Assembly (NCBI GenBank): GCA_013239625.1 | Contig: MU054001.1 | Location: 747,884 to 811,883 of the forward strand | Origin: Lama guanicoe | Lineage: Eukaryota | Length of the DNA: 64,000 nt | Reading direction: 5' to 3' | Shown: one piece after another, positions 38,101 through 50,580 of the stretch | Position numbering within the stretch: the first letter of the stretch is position 1 | Layout: the number at the start of each line of letters is the position of its first letter | Translations under genes and position numbers: made by a program | The notes under the pieces: model-generated | Told to the model about the DNA's origin: nothing | What the model saw: the letters and a program-made list of their open reading frames with translations, nothing else | The model's database searches: none

Positions 38101-38499
38101 GGGCACGCGGGGAGCCAAGCAGGAACTGAGGTGTGACCTCCAAACATCTCTTCTCTAGAAGTTTCAGAGAGAAGACGATGATCTCTGAGAATCTGACGCA
38201 CTGTCATCTAGAGATTCTTAGGAACATGGGAGTACTCCGGAAGCCTTCAGACAAACGTCAGCCTGCCTGCCAAGTGTTCCAGGAATAAGATGCAGCCAGA
38301 TGTGCCGGTGGCAACAAGCATTTGCTGAGTGCCTATTCTGGGCCCCACACTGTGGATTCTTGGGCAGAACTGTTAAGAAGTATAAGGCTTGTCTCTGCAT
38401 TAGAGGGACTTACAGTCTGCTTGGAGGATAAAAGGTGAGCATAGGACAAAAGGAAATGAAATATTGGGGCACAAATACTGATTATTAATTAGTTTAGCA

Positions 38500-38945
38500 T
38501 TTCCCAAAGTTCAAGTGATTTTAGGTGGTGCCTGGGCACCACATTAATTGATGAATTAATGAGAAAATTAACTCATTTCAATCTCTTCTCAACCTTTCCG
38601 TGCTGACCAGAGAAACTCTAAGTTTGGTTGCTAATATGTCTTTAATACTTCGCTATCTCTTGCCAGCTTCCCTTTTAACAAGAAAAGGGCAGGTTTCATG
38701 GGTACAACTTTAGGCAAAACCTAAATAACACTATTTTTGTCTGTCTTTATTTATATTCTGTTTATGCCAAGTGTCTCTGGGTTTCAGTTTATAATTATGA
38801 TAAAATTTTTCTTTAAAATAGACTGTTTAAGTAAAAGTAGTGAATCTATTTAAAGAAATGTATTCAGCAATTAGTAGCCTAGATGGTAAGTGGTTATAAA
38901 AAAAAAAATGAAGGCCATACATGCGTGTGTGAAGTTTGGGAAACT
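38500..38945. mobile_element. hAT-Charlie element (MER113-like)
   Basis: Inverted termini 'tttcccaaa'...'tttgggaaa'; homologous to 18570-18910. Confidence 0.6.
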
Positions 38946-40774
38946 CAGGAGTACTGGAATAAAGCATTAAACCCAGATGGCAGATGAACACCAGGTACAG
39001 GTCATAGGAAGTGCACAGAAGGGTGGGGTGAGAGGAGAAAGAGTTGAGGAACCCAGCCTGGGATAGAAGAGGGAGTTGTGAACACAGCGTGGTACCATTT
39101 GACCTTGTGGCTTGTGACACTGAGGGCAGAAATCCTGGGCAATGGGTCTGAAGACACACAAGTGCCCCAGCCCAGCCGCTTCAATGCCCTGACACCTGTA
39201 TACACACTCAGACACCTGCCCCAACCTCCCACACGCTGAGGGACCAAAACCCCAACTGAAGAATGTAGGTTTTAATCTCAAGATGGGAAGCAGACAGATG
39301 CCACCCAGGTCCTTCCAAAGACCTGGAATGACCAGAGAGTCAAAGGCAAAGGAGCATCACTCAGGCCTGATTCCTCGTAGCTCCTAACCCACTACCTCCT
39401 GGGACCCCATCCCTGCTGTTAACTCTGCCTTGTGGACACCGCATTTTTGATGCTGGGTACTGTGAAAATGGCTGGTTCTAGGTGAGCACTCACTTCCTTT
39501 TAGAGGAGAGAGTCTGGGCTCAGGTTCTACAAACTGCTCGTATCCCATGGTATAAGGGTGTTACAGGTTAAATTGGCATTTGAGGGTTTGCCTGGGACAC
39601 TCACCACTGGCCTCTCTGTGGGAAATGGGCCTGGCTTCCCTCGGCATCCCCGGCCACAGTCCACGTGTGGGGTGGGATGTGGGAGCCACCATCACCAGGA
39701 TGCACCCGTTGGAAAGTGTTTCTCCCAAGCCCAGCTGCTTCAAGGCTAATCTTTTTGCCTCACATGGGTGAAGAGTGCAAAGTTGAATCCAAAAAGGGCT
39801 CAATTCAATCTCATTTCCTCCTCCCTTTGATCTCTCCACTTCCTATTTCACTTCCTCCGACAATTTCCTCCTTCCATTCCCAGAACAAACAACTCTCACT
39901 GTGGCGCTTGGCCATTTGCAATAATTTTCCCAGACGCTGATTCTCGTTTGGCTGCTGTTCAGTACAGCACCGTGGACGTTCTGATACGTATCAGGCTCAG
40001 GCTGTCAAGAGGCAGGGTTGAGGGCACCTCACTTCATGCCCCGTGGATCTTCATGCCTGAAGCCTGGGTGTAGCCGGAGATATCAATCTGTGAAGTCCTG
40101 GATCCCCCAAAAGGGAAGTTGCTCAACTATAACCGAGAAGCAGGGTATTTCACAGTGAGCAAAGGTGGATTTCCACCCCGATCCCTCAGAGGGACTGATG
40201 TCCTAATTTCAGTCATTTGTGTTTTTCTTTCCTAACGGAGCTCATAGGTGCCCCGTTACTCCATTCAAAGCAAGGTACAGAATGTTCTAGAAACTTCTGT
40301 GTTTCTATTCTGACGTCTGAGTCTCAATGTGAAATGGTTCCTGAACTAATCACGTTAGTAAAACTGGCAAGATTAAAAGAGCCATAAACACACACGCTCA
40401 GTGTTTCAACATCCATTAAAATGTATACTGGAGCCTCCCAGAATATTTAATAGGCTTATATGATGACTGAATGCAAATTCATTCATCTCAGTCAAGTCGG
40501 GTTATTAAGATACACATGCTAAGTGATTTGTCCTGTGTTTACCCTGTGTGCTGGGAAAACGGTATCTGATTTTGAAAAAAAAAAATTCGAAGCTGTTCTT
40601 TGTTGAAGGAATGGGAGTCGGGACCCTACCCCACCCCCACTGGCCATGGCAGCGCTGCTGCAAGCAAACTGCTTAGTCCCTGTGGGACTTAGTTGTGCAT
40701 CTGAGAAATTAGGAGGGTTGCCTGGATCTCTGACGACCTCATAGCCTTGACCTCTTTAAATTAGTAGGTGGGGT

Positions 40775-40945
40775 AGAGAAGTGGTTAAAAGCGTGGGTTC
40801 TGGCATTGGACCACCACGGTTCAAACCCTGTCTCTACCACTCAGTTTCCCCATCTGTAAAATGGGGCTGGCAATAGAACTCTAAAGTGAGATAACCAATG
40901 CCAACCACCCGTCTCTCGTGAGCGTTCAACAAATGTTGGTTGACT
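40775..40945 (+). mobile_element. MIR SINE
   Basis: 'agtggttaaaagcgtgggttctgg...tcagtttccccatctgtaaaatgggg'. Confidence 0.85.
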
Positions 40946-41024
40946 TTAGAAATTAATGTAACATCTACGGGGCACTTTGATACATGGATTTCATTCTTGA
41001 AGTTAAGAATATCGAACTTTAGAT

Positions 41025-41190
41025 ACATCATTTAACCTAATCCTCACCATAGCCTTGCAAGGTGGATGGAGTTAACCTTGATTTGCAGATAAGAAACTAA
41101 GACCCAGAGAGATTTACTAACTTGCCCAGAGCAACACAACTATTAAAAGACAAAGCAAGGATCTAAACTCAGATGCTGACTGACTCCATT
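41025..41190 (-). mobile_element. MIR SINE
   Basis: 'aatcctcacc...ttgcagataagaaactaagacccagaga...aacttgcccag'. Confidence 0.85.
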
Positions 41191-41576
41191 CTGGGCTCCC
41201 CCCCCCACCCCACCTATCCATCTACCACCTCTGGTTAATTTCCAGTGCATTCAGCGTCCCTCAGGGATTCTAAGGACAGTTGCAAGTGCTTAGTCTGTGG
41301 CCATCCACATCTCTACTTCAGGAAAAATAGAAAGAGCTGGACAATATTCTGGTCGTACTGGTTTCTCTGGAGTTTAAGGCTAGGAAATCAAAGTCATGTT
41401 CTCAGCACCTGTTTTCTCTCCTTCCTGACTGAAGCTTCATCAGCCAGGGGCTGCTTTTCTTCATTATTATTGTTTGGTATTCATTTGCTGAGACTCAGGC
41501 TCAGTAACAGCACATCTCCCGCATTAACGTGTACCCTGAGCCAAGTGGAAAACCAGTGTGACGCCTGAGCCCAGAT

Positions 41577-41799
41577 CAGAGTTTCCCAACTTTGGCACTA
41601 TTGACATTCGCCATCGACAATTCTTTGTTGTGAGGGGCTGTCCTAAACATCCTGTAGAATGTTTAGCAGCATCCCTGGCCTCTACCTGCTAGATGCCAGT
41701 AGCAACCCCTCCCAGTCTCCAGAGTGACAATCAAAAATTCCTCCAGACTTCGCCAAGTATCCCCTCGGGAGCAGAATCACCCTTGGTTGAGAACCACTG
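41577..41799 (-). mobile_element. MER20 hAT-Charlie MITE
   Basis: 'ggcactattgacatt...tgtttagcagcatccctggcctctacc...gctagatgccagtagc...ggttgagaaccactg'. Confidence 0.92.
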
Positions 41800-42399
41800 G
41801 ACTAGCTAAGAGGACGAAAAGCTTGAGCTTAAGTATTTTTTTCATCCTCCTCCTTGCCTTCTGCATCACATGCCTTTTGGAGTTATTTCGGTTCTAGTAA
41901 GCAATTGTTTAATCTGGCAACATCCTAGCAGGCAAAACATTGGCCATCGCAGGATGGTTTTGGTCTGAAGGCAAATTTGCCTGGACAGAAAGACATGTTT
42001 TTGTCCTCGTGGCTGGCAGGAGTGTTTTCTTTGGGACCCTTAAGACAACCATTCTCAAAATGGTCTCCCCAACTCTCAATGGGGCCAGTGCCCTCTGCTG
42101 GAAGGTTTGTCAGCGTTGCCTCTGAGGAGGCTGGGGCAAATGGTTTGAAAATTTGGAAAACAGCACAAGTACAAAAGAATAAATGAAACAATCCAATCAG
42201 TAGGAAACTTTCACAGTAGCTTCCTCTGTATTTAGTCATTGTTTCCACAAGCTTTCTCATTTCTCAGCAGAGTTTTGTGGGTTGTTTTTTTTTTTTGATA
42301 GAGTAACCAAAATTCTCTTTCCATCATTCTGTTGATACTCCCGGGCAGTCTTTCACTGATAATTACAGTTAACCACATCAACAAATATTTACTGAACAA

Positions 42400-42620
42400 C
42401 TCACCAGGTGTTCAGTCCCCGTGTCCCCTGTGTGCTTTCTCCTTCTGCTTTCTCGAAAGCTCTCTGGAACAGGGGCTATTATTACTATTATGATTCACAC
42501 ATGAGGAGACCAAGCCTTGAAGAGGCCAAGTGAGCTGACCAATATCACACAGCTCATAACGCTGGAGAAAGGCCTCAACTCCAGAGCGCGTGTTTTTGAC
42601 CCTCTGTGATACAGCTACAT
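42400..42620 (-). mobile_element. MIR SINE
   Basis: 'cacatgaggagaccaagcc...gaccaatatcacacagct'. Confidence 0.65.
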
Positions 42621-44769
42621 TCCTTTATTCATCTTTTCTTTTTCACTCAATCCCGAACTTTCCTTTCTAAGCGAGACTCGTTACTGATTTAAGGAAGCAG
42701 CGTATGGATGTCTGATGTCATTCTGAATTTGCTCCCATTTATTTAAAGCATATTTTTCACCTAATTATCCCCTTTAGCTTCTGAAACCCCAGGAAGATAA
42801 GTTGTTTTTCTCCAAACGTGAGCTCTAGACGCCAGATTCTAGTAGAGAACTATATTCTTAAGACTTCAAGTGCTCATGAATCTCTCTAAAAATATTATAT
42901 TCGAATAACATTCACGTGCATCAGAACATATCAGAATAGATCCAAGACATTGTAATTTACGGCCTTGCTTATTACTTTAAAAGCCTGGGATTCTTGTAGA
43001 ATATGGTTTAGTGGGTCAAACATTCCCTTTCCTCTCATTCATCAGGCTTCTGATCTCATGTCAGTCCTGAATGTCGGCTCCGCCAGCCCAGAACCCTGTG
43101 CGAGGGGATCACACACACCACAGACCCCCTTCCCTTTTAAAAACTTGTGGGGATGCGGGTGCTACAGCCTGGCCTGCGTAAACAGAGGAGGTATTGAGTT
43201 CCCCTGGTCCTCACTGCCCCTTTGTCTATTATTATTTTATAGTTTTGTTCTGCATTCCTTTCATTCAACCTCCAGTCCATAGAAGCCTGTTTCTTTATTA
43301 GTTACATATGTCTGCACCCTTTTACCCCAGCAGGGAAAGACAAAATATTCTGGAGGGCTTGGAGGCCTGGGATGGACAGCTAATCCATCCCCACCTTGAA
43401 CTAATCGGCGGGCTGATGTGCTATTGTACCGGGCCCTGTTCTGTGCAGCTGAGCGGTGGGGTTTCAATTTGTAGGAGCATAAACAGATACTAAAGTTGGA
43501 AGAACGGCTCAGTCATTTGTTAGCAGAGTTCAGATCAAATTATCACAGCGGTCCCCTGCTGACAGCCTGAACAATTACCTCCTTTTTTCTTGATCTTTAA
43601 ATGTTTTCTGTTTCACTTAAGCCTCAGTAAATAGTTTACTTCTCATGGGCTTCATTTATTGACACAGGGAGGCTGATTTATTTAATTTTGTTTCTCCGCC
43701 GCCTTCCCAGGAAGGAGTCATGATGTTTTGTTGAAATCTCCCCCCTAAATGATAAGTTTATCATGGTAGGCTGAGGAAGCGGTTTAATGATGTGACTATA
43801 AATTATCTGGCTTTTTAATGAGAAGTTTAGATGCCCAAATTTGAAAGCCGATTTTTAAAGGCTTTAAACCAGAACCCGGCATCTGTTGCTTGAAAAGGTT
43901 GAAATCCAGAGTCAGAAACTGGTCCAAGGAAAGATCGTTGAGACTCTGGGATCTGAATCCATAATTGGATTATTCAAAACCCAGGAATTTGATTATTCTT
44001 TGAAAGAAAATGGCGTATATTGTGTCCGTTACGTTTGTCCTGTCTTGGCGTAGATTCATTGATGTTCTGCGTGAGTTCACCGGAATTAACTCCAACATTT
44101 GTTTTCACTCTTTTTTCCCTTCCCCCATTTTCAACCCTTGACTTTCACTCTTCCATAGTTACATTTGTCTGCTTCTTACAGTCCTACTGGGACGGATTTA
44201 TCATCATTTGCTAACATATCTGTCTCAAAATCTCAGCTTTGATCAGCTTGTATTTTATAACTTACATCTGTTCTACATTTAACCTTTTGTAATGCTGTTT
44301 TTCAAAAATATTACCTGAGCTAACAAAAGAACTGCACCAGAGCAAGCGCTCCAGCATATAGATTTAAAAAAAAAAAGAAACAAAACCCAAACATACCTGC
44401 CTACATGACCATATTTTTATTACTCTTCAGAGGTGACTTTTCATTAAATATATAAATCCATCATTTCCCCCCACCTCATGGTGTGACCTCTTGTTGATTC
44501 AGGGACTCCACGCTCTCCATCTGCTCTTGTGCCATTGTCTTGACCCTTCCTTTGCCTGGAATTCATGCCAGAGCTTGTGGCTGGGAACACGGTGCTTCTG
44601 CTGGGGCCCCTGGCTGGACCTAGAACTGGCCTTCCTGTCCCGTTGGCCTGGCCTGGAGGGGGACCAGAGGTCCGTGCTGACCTCGGTAGGCTGTCACTCA
44701 GCTCCTTTTCCAGCTCTTTTCCAGCAGATTCTGTCTTCCAAGAGGTTCGAACTCAATTTCGCTGGCCTA

Positions 44770-45455
44770 TTGTATTTTAATAAAATTAATTTATTTTAAT
44801 TGACTCATTTTGAAATATTTGACATGCAAAAAAGAATTTTAAAAATCTTTAAGAAACATTCATGAACCCAGCACTCAGTTTAAAGAAATAAACTGTTACA
44901 AATACAACGGAAGGCCCTCATGTCCCTCTCCTCTATTACAGCCTCCCCACCCCTCCTCAGAGAGCACGGCTGCTCTGAATTGAGGATACAAGTTTCCAGA
45001 TATTTCTTTACACTCTAACTGCTTCTGTATGTTCCTCCTATACAAGATTCTTCCTCTTCTTCTGACACGTGCTTTCTTCATCCACGCCGATGTGTACAGT
45101 GCTGAGCAGTCATTTGCCTTGTAGAAGATTCCATTTTATGCCCAGCGTTTACGTGACCTTCAACTTTGTTGCTATAAAGAGCAATGCTTTATGAAGAGTC
45201 TTACACCTCTCTCCCCAGGCACACGTGGGAGAGTTCCCCTCGGTGCATCATCGGGAGGGGGTGACTGACTCGCAGGACAGGCACTGCTCTATTTTAGTGA
45301 ATATTGCCAAGCTCTTTCCCGACATGGTTCTCTGATTTTACACTCTTGCCATTGCTTAGTCTTGCCAGACATTTTTAATTGTTGCCAGCCGATGGGAATG
45401 TAATGGTAGCATGTAGCGGTTTTAATTTGCAGCTATTTGCTTACTAACAAAGTTG
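44770..45455 (-). mobile_element. L1ME 3' fragment
   Basis: 'tttgttgctataaagagcaatgc...gaatattgccaagctctttcc...atttacactc...ggttttaatttgc'. Confidence 0.75.
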
Positions 45456-47464
45456 AACTGGTACAAAGTAATACTGCTTATCGCAGTGCCTGGCACATAG
45501 TAAGTATTCTCTTAATGGTACCCACTATTCTTATGATTATTTCAGGCAGCAATCCCGTGAGGTTGTATAAAGAGGGATTACCCCCTTTCATAGGTGAGTG
45601 ACCAGGATCTGGAAATGTACTAGCCTAATAGGATAGAGCCAAAGGAACGAAAGCAGTGGAGGTGACGGTGGTGGATCATAGCCTGTGATCCATCACTGAC
45701 TTGTTGGTATCACCACCACATGGAAAGACTACGGCAGTGGGACTGGGGCTACCTTCTTGAACAAAGCTCGCCATCTTTCCTAATTCCTTTTGCACCTGCT
45801 CTGAGTCAAGACTCGACATGGGAGTGTGAAGGTGAAAGGTTGGGTTCTCTTTTCTGGCTCATGGCTTGGGGAGAGAACAGGTGGCCATTGATTCACTCTT
45901 GTGATGGAGGAAGTACCACCTGGGCAGAAGAGGTCTCCCCAGAACCACTGAGACAGACCTTTGGGGATCCTCTTCCTCACCACCAGCTTGCCCCCCAGAA
46001 AGCATCCTTGGAGACCATAGACTTCATCACTGGCCTTGAAAGGCTGGAATTGCCTTTCAGTTCTACCATGAAGCTGGAAGAAGCCACATTTGGGGGGACA
46101 CATAAGAGTCATCTTGATGTCTGATGTTAATGATATTGATGATGAAGACGAGGAGGAGGGGAAGGTAGAGAAGGATGAGAAAGAGGAAAGAAGCTGCCTT
46201 TTTTCCTTATCTGTCAAGCAACTTGCTCCTTCTATATGCCAAGCACCATGTGGACAGTCTTACATTCTCCATCATATTTGGAGCTCATGATAACTCTAAG
46301 GAGACACTATTATCTCCATTATACAGTCTCAGCAGGATTATAAGAAACATAAACAAGCAGGCTCAGGGAGTCAAGATATTCCATTTTTACATAAATGTTT
46401 CTGTGCCCCAAACTCCAGACTCCCTCCCTTCTTTAAATGACTGAATTCATTTTCTTCTGCAGAGTCCCCCAACCAGCCTGCAGACTAGTCCTGCTTGCCT
46501 TCAAACACCTGGCACCCCAGGACAAAAGCAAGTTGACCATAAATGTAAAGTACCATGTCTGAATTCCCCAGCTCCTTTAAGGACCAGCGTCTGGGGAGTC
46601 AGGTGGTGGCTTCAGCTCTACAAAGTAACACTTGAGTTAAGAAAAGAGGCTGGAGGTGCCCTGCTTCCATGTACTGCGTTCTCACCATACACCTTTTTCT
46701 CTTTAAATTCCCAGAAGGCATGGGAACCGCTTAGGTTACCAAACACACCTCTCTTGATGGGGGAAAACTTTTTTTTTGGTTTGGTTTTGTTGTGCCAAAT
46801 CCTACCCTTTGTAAAATGCAGAAGCCCATTAGAGATTAAGACTACAAACAAGCTTAAAACACATCTTAACAGCATTCAGAAAGGGCCCAGGTGTAGGCGG
46901 GTCAAAGTGATATCTTGTTCTCCTAAATATTTCAACAGATAGACAAACTTTTGATTGCGCTATCTGTTCAAAAAATGGCTTTGAACTCTCCGCCAGGGCC
47001 GCCCACTTGGGCTTTCTTAACCCCTCAGAGGGCCAGCGGCTGATAAGGGGCCTGAGTGGTCCGGGGCGGCGGGGGCCTTTCATCTCACCTCGGCTGTGTA
47101 CACGACCCGTTTGCTTAGCTTGGCTCTGCTATCCTGAGGACCTTTTAAAAATCCTCCCCATTTATTAGGATCTAACACCCAATCTGTAAATAAGCCAGAA
47201 GAAAATACAGATTTGGGCAGTGGTAGGAGTGCAGTTCATTCTTAGGCGGGCTGATTTTTCCCTCTAGCTGGTTATTTCTCTCATTCCCTGGACCTCCTCT
47301 TCCCTCCCCTCCCGTCCCCTCCTCAATGCTCCCTTCATCTCCCCTTCCCTTCCCTGCCTCCCTTCCTTTCCTTCGGCCACTTGCAGATAACAAAAGAAAA
47401 ATCCAGTAGCTTGGCCATATTTTTGATATAGACTTCTAAGTTCATGTATCAGGAAATGGGAAAA

Positions 47465-47700
47465 GCATAAGGGCTAAAAGCATGGGCTCAGAGCCTGGGC
47501 TTGACTTCTGATTGTGTGGGTCCTTGCTGTATGACCTCAGGCAACTTACAGTAACCTCTCTGTGCCTGAGTTTTCTCATCAATTAAAATCAGGACAATGA
47601 CAGCATGTACCCTGTGGAGTTGTTGCAGGCACTAAGACTTAAAATAGGGCTTGGCACATAGTACACACTAAGTCTTGGGTGATTAGTTGTTACTACATTA
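47465..47700 (+). mobile_element. MIR SINE
   Basis: 'gctgtatgacctcaggcaacttac...aacctctctgtgcctgagttttctcatc...ttggcacatagta'. Confidence 0.85.
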
Positions 47701-47737
47701 TCATCATCGTCATCATCATCATCATCATCATCATCAT
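47701..47737. repeat. (TCA)12 trinucleotide repeat, one interruption, at a MIR tail
   Basis: Directly visible. Confidence 0.95.
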
Positions 47738-48829
47738 GCAGGAAGCTTTGAGATTGTTTTCCTGGCATCACTGGTGGTCTCTGATGGAGCTATACTCCAC
47801 TGAGAGACCTTGGACAAATGGCTCCATGAAGGAATGTGAGCCCCTAAGTAGACTAGATTCCCCACAGTTGTGCCTGGCACCCTCGTCCCCTCTAGGACAG
47901 ACAAAGGAAGAAGGTAGTGGATCTATTGCCTTGCACACAGAAGGCTGGCAGTGTTGCCTGGCCAGGCCTCTCCTTCCGCACTTCCAAGCCCCGGCATTCA
48001 AAGGATGGACGGCCCATCTGGTGGCAATATTTCAAATGTGGGGAGATGCTGTGATTAGGCTGATCAGTCAAGTCCTATTGAGGGGCTCCCCAACGGGAAC
48101 TTTTGGTAATATGGGGCTCATCACTGGGAAGGAATGTAATCAGCTCCTGGCCAGGCCATGTCCCACATGAGAGGCTGCCTTGAAGCCACCCAGCTCTCCT
48201 GGACCACATGGGCGGGGCCAGCAGGGAACAGGACCGGAATTCCTCCCCTCTGAGAGTCTGGAATCTCCTCCAGATTCTCTGACAGGCCCGGGGCAGTTTG
48301 GGTGGGCACTGTTGCTTCTCCCGTGTGGCAGGCTGAGGGACTCTGCCTCCCCTCACCCACCCATTGTGTTATTAGAGGAAAGCCCCCACGCCCATTTCTC
48401 AGAGAGGCAGAGACAGTGGAGGCGGCCAACCCAGGATGCTGGGGCGTAGAACAGAGCATCTTCTCTGGACCCTGTGGAGCCCCTTCTGCAGTGCGAGGGC
48501 AGACAAACTGAGTCCAAAAGTAGAGCCCAAGCCTCACAGATTGTGTACAAAGAGAAATTTTGAGTATCATTTTTGTTCCTAAGTGCTCAATGATAGTTGG
48601 CTTTTTGAAAGGACCTGTGGTAAGATGAGAATCTTTCGGAATGTAATTTGCAGCTCAGATGATCAGAATCAAGAGGATTCCTTAAATCAGAGCTGCACTG
48701 CTACCCCTGCCACTGTGAAATGGGCTTCCCGAGCCCCACGCAGACCTTGGCGTCAGGTGTAATGCGGGGTAAAGGTCGCTGAGGAAAGAGAGCCAGAGTC
48801 CTTGCAGATCCCCTTGCTTTGGTTAAGGC

Positions 48830-49460
48830 TTGTGGTGGAAACTGCCCGGGTCCACAGAGTCCAATTTCTCCTTTGGCCTAGCCGGGCTGTTATATTACCC
48901 AGACTCCCTTGCAGCTGATTGTGGCCACTTGACTTAACGTTTTTGCCAATAAAATATGAGCCAAGCCACGTGGGCCGCTTTCGGTTCTGTGCTTTTACAC
49001 ATCGGGGGCGCCTTCTCCACGTTCTCTTGCCTCTTCAGTCTGGCTGGAATCTGGACAAGGCAGAGACCTAGCAGACAGTGACAATGCCCTAAGGGCAGAA
49101 TGAGCTCCGCCCCAAATCCAGGCCGATTGGGCCAATTCTGGCCACGCCCATCTGTGAACACTGCCCAGGGCTGCTTTTGTGCCGCAGTGGCCAGAGTTGA
49201 GCGGTTGTAACAGAGACCTGATGAGCGGCGAGCCAAAGATATTTATTACCTGTCCTTCACAAAGAAAGTTTGCTGATTTCTACCCCAGGGATGGCAAGGC
49301 AACAAGAAAGGAACTGGGCCTCCGAGCATGCACACGGAGCAGAGGGGACTATGCGCATCAGGGATATTATGAGACCATGAAATACTTTCGCTTTGTTCGC
49401 TAAATTCTACCTTGTTGGGTCTCTGTAGCGGCAGCTTGGCGCCAGTACCAGCCCCAGTAA
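48830..49460 (+). mobile_element. MaLR LTR (MLT1J-like) interrupted by MER58
   Basis: 'cccagactcccttgcagctgattgtggccacttgact...gccaataaaatatgagc'. Confidence 0.65.
49105..49283 (+). mobile_element. MER58A-like hAT-Charlie MITE
   Basis: 'gccacgcccat...ggctgctttt...gagttgagcggttgtaacagagacc...atatttattacctgtccttcacaaagaaagtttgctga'. Confidence 0.8.
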
Positions 49461-49619
49461 TTCTGTCTACGAATCGCCTCAGAGAGCTAAAGTGCTAGTT
49501 CCCACCTTCTCTTCCCCCAGGTCCCACAGTCTACTCGGCACTGTTGCTGGAAACCCTACGGGGACACCCTATGGAGAAGCCTGGCACATAGTAGGCACTC
49601 CAGAAAATGCGGCGGAGAT

Positions 49620-50308
49620 AAGGAATTTCACTTCTGGGCACATATCCAGAGGGAATGAAAACAGGATACGGAAGAGGTATGTCCACTTGCCACGTTCACT
49701 GCAGCATTATTCACAGTGGCCAAAATATGGAAACAGCCTGCGTGTCCATCAAGGGATGAATGGAAAAAGAAGATGTGGTACACACACACACACACACACT
49801 CAATGAACTATTACTCAGCCTTGAGAAAGAAGGAAATTCTGCCATATGAGACACCATGAATGGACCTTGAGTGCATTATGCTAAGTGAGGTAAGTCAGAG
49901 ATAGAGAAGTACTGTATAATACCACTCATATGTGGGAGCTAAAAAAACCAAACTCATAAAAACAGAGAGAAAAATGGTGTCTTCCAGGTAGTGGGACTGG
50001 GGGATAGGACAGATATGGCTTAAGGATACAAACTTGCAATGACTAGTAAGTAAGCCCAAGAGAGCCAATGCACAGTAGAGTGAACATAGGTGATAATATT
50101 GTATTATAATCATCAAACTTGCTAAGAGGCTAGAACTTAATTATTCCAACCACTAAAAAGAAATGTTAATTATGTAATGTATAGAGATGCTAATTATATC
50201 TACAATGGCAACCATATTACAATATATATGAATGGATCAAATTAACATGCTGTAGACCTTAAATTCACACAGTGTTATATGTCAAATGTATTTTACCTTT
50301 AAAAAAAA
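49620..50308 (+). mobile_element. L1MA/MB-like 3' end with internal (CA)n, inserted into an L2 tail
   Basis: 'gttcactgcagcattattcacagtggccaaaatatggaaacagcc', 'ggaccttgagtgcattatgctaagtga', poly(A) at ~50301. Confidence 0.92.
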
Positions 50309-50399
50309 GTGTTGAATGAATCTAAGAGCTGGAGAGTAAAAGAAAGAACTCAAAAGAGGAGAAAGGGCACCCAGGGTCCTCTTCCCGATGTAGTTTTGA

Positions 50400-50580
50400 A
50401 CACAGTGAGACCTAGTTCTGGTCCACACATGCTGTGTGGCCTTCAGCAAGTCATTTGACCTCTCTGAGCCTTACCTTCTTCGTCTGCAAAAAGAGGGTGG
50501 AATTAGTGAACCATGCAGTGTTGTCAGGACTAGAGACAGCGAAAGGAGAAGGCGTGCTATAGAAGACTTGGCTGTGGTTG
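50400..50580 (+). mobile_element. MIR SINE
   Basis: 'gctgtgtggccttcagcaagtcatttgacctctctgagcc'. Confidence 0.8.

Noticed and set aside
38525..38561. Two adjacent short palindromes (gtggtgcc/ggcaccac and cattaatt/aattaatg)
   Set aside because: Only 8-bp arms, inside a decayed hAT element, with no independent support.
46090..46290. Acidic 'DDEDEEEG' ORF suggesting a processed pseudogene
   Set aside because: Low-complexity GAT/GAG run leading into a MIR; no poly(A), TSD or recognisable parent protein.
47776..47809. Hairpin with internal loop as a possible H/ACA snoRNA 5' stem
   Set aside because: Too short, and no ANANNA H box immediately follows.
48011..48026. CTCF-like motif (minus strand gccaccagatggg)
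   Set aside because: Mismatch at a core position and a single occurrence; cannot be supported without ChIP data.
47679..48170. Longest ORF (163 aa) with a poly-Ile N-terminus resembling a membrane anchor
   Set aside because: The poly-Ile comes from the (TCA)n microsatellite at a MIR tail, and the rest has no recognisable domain.
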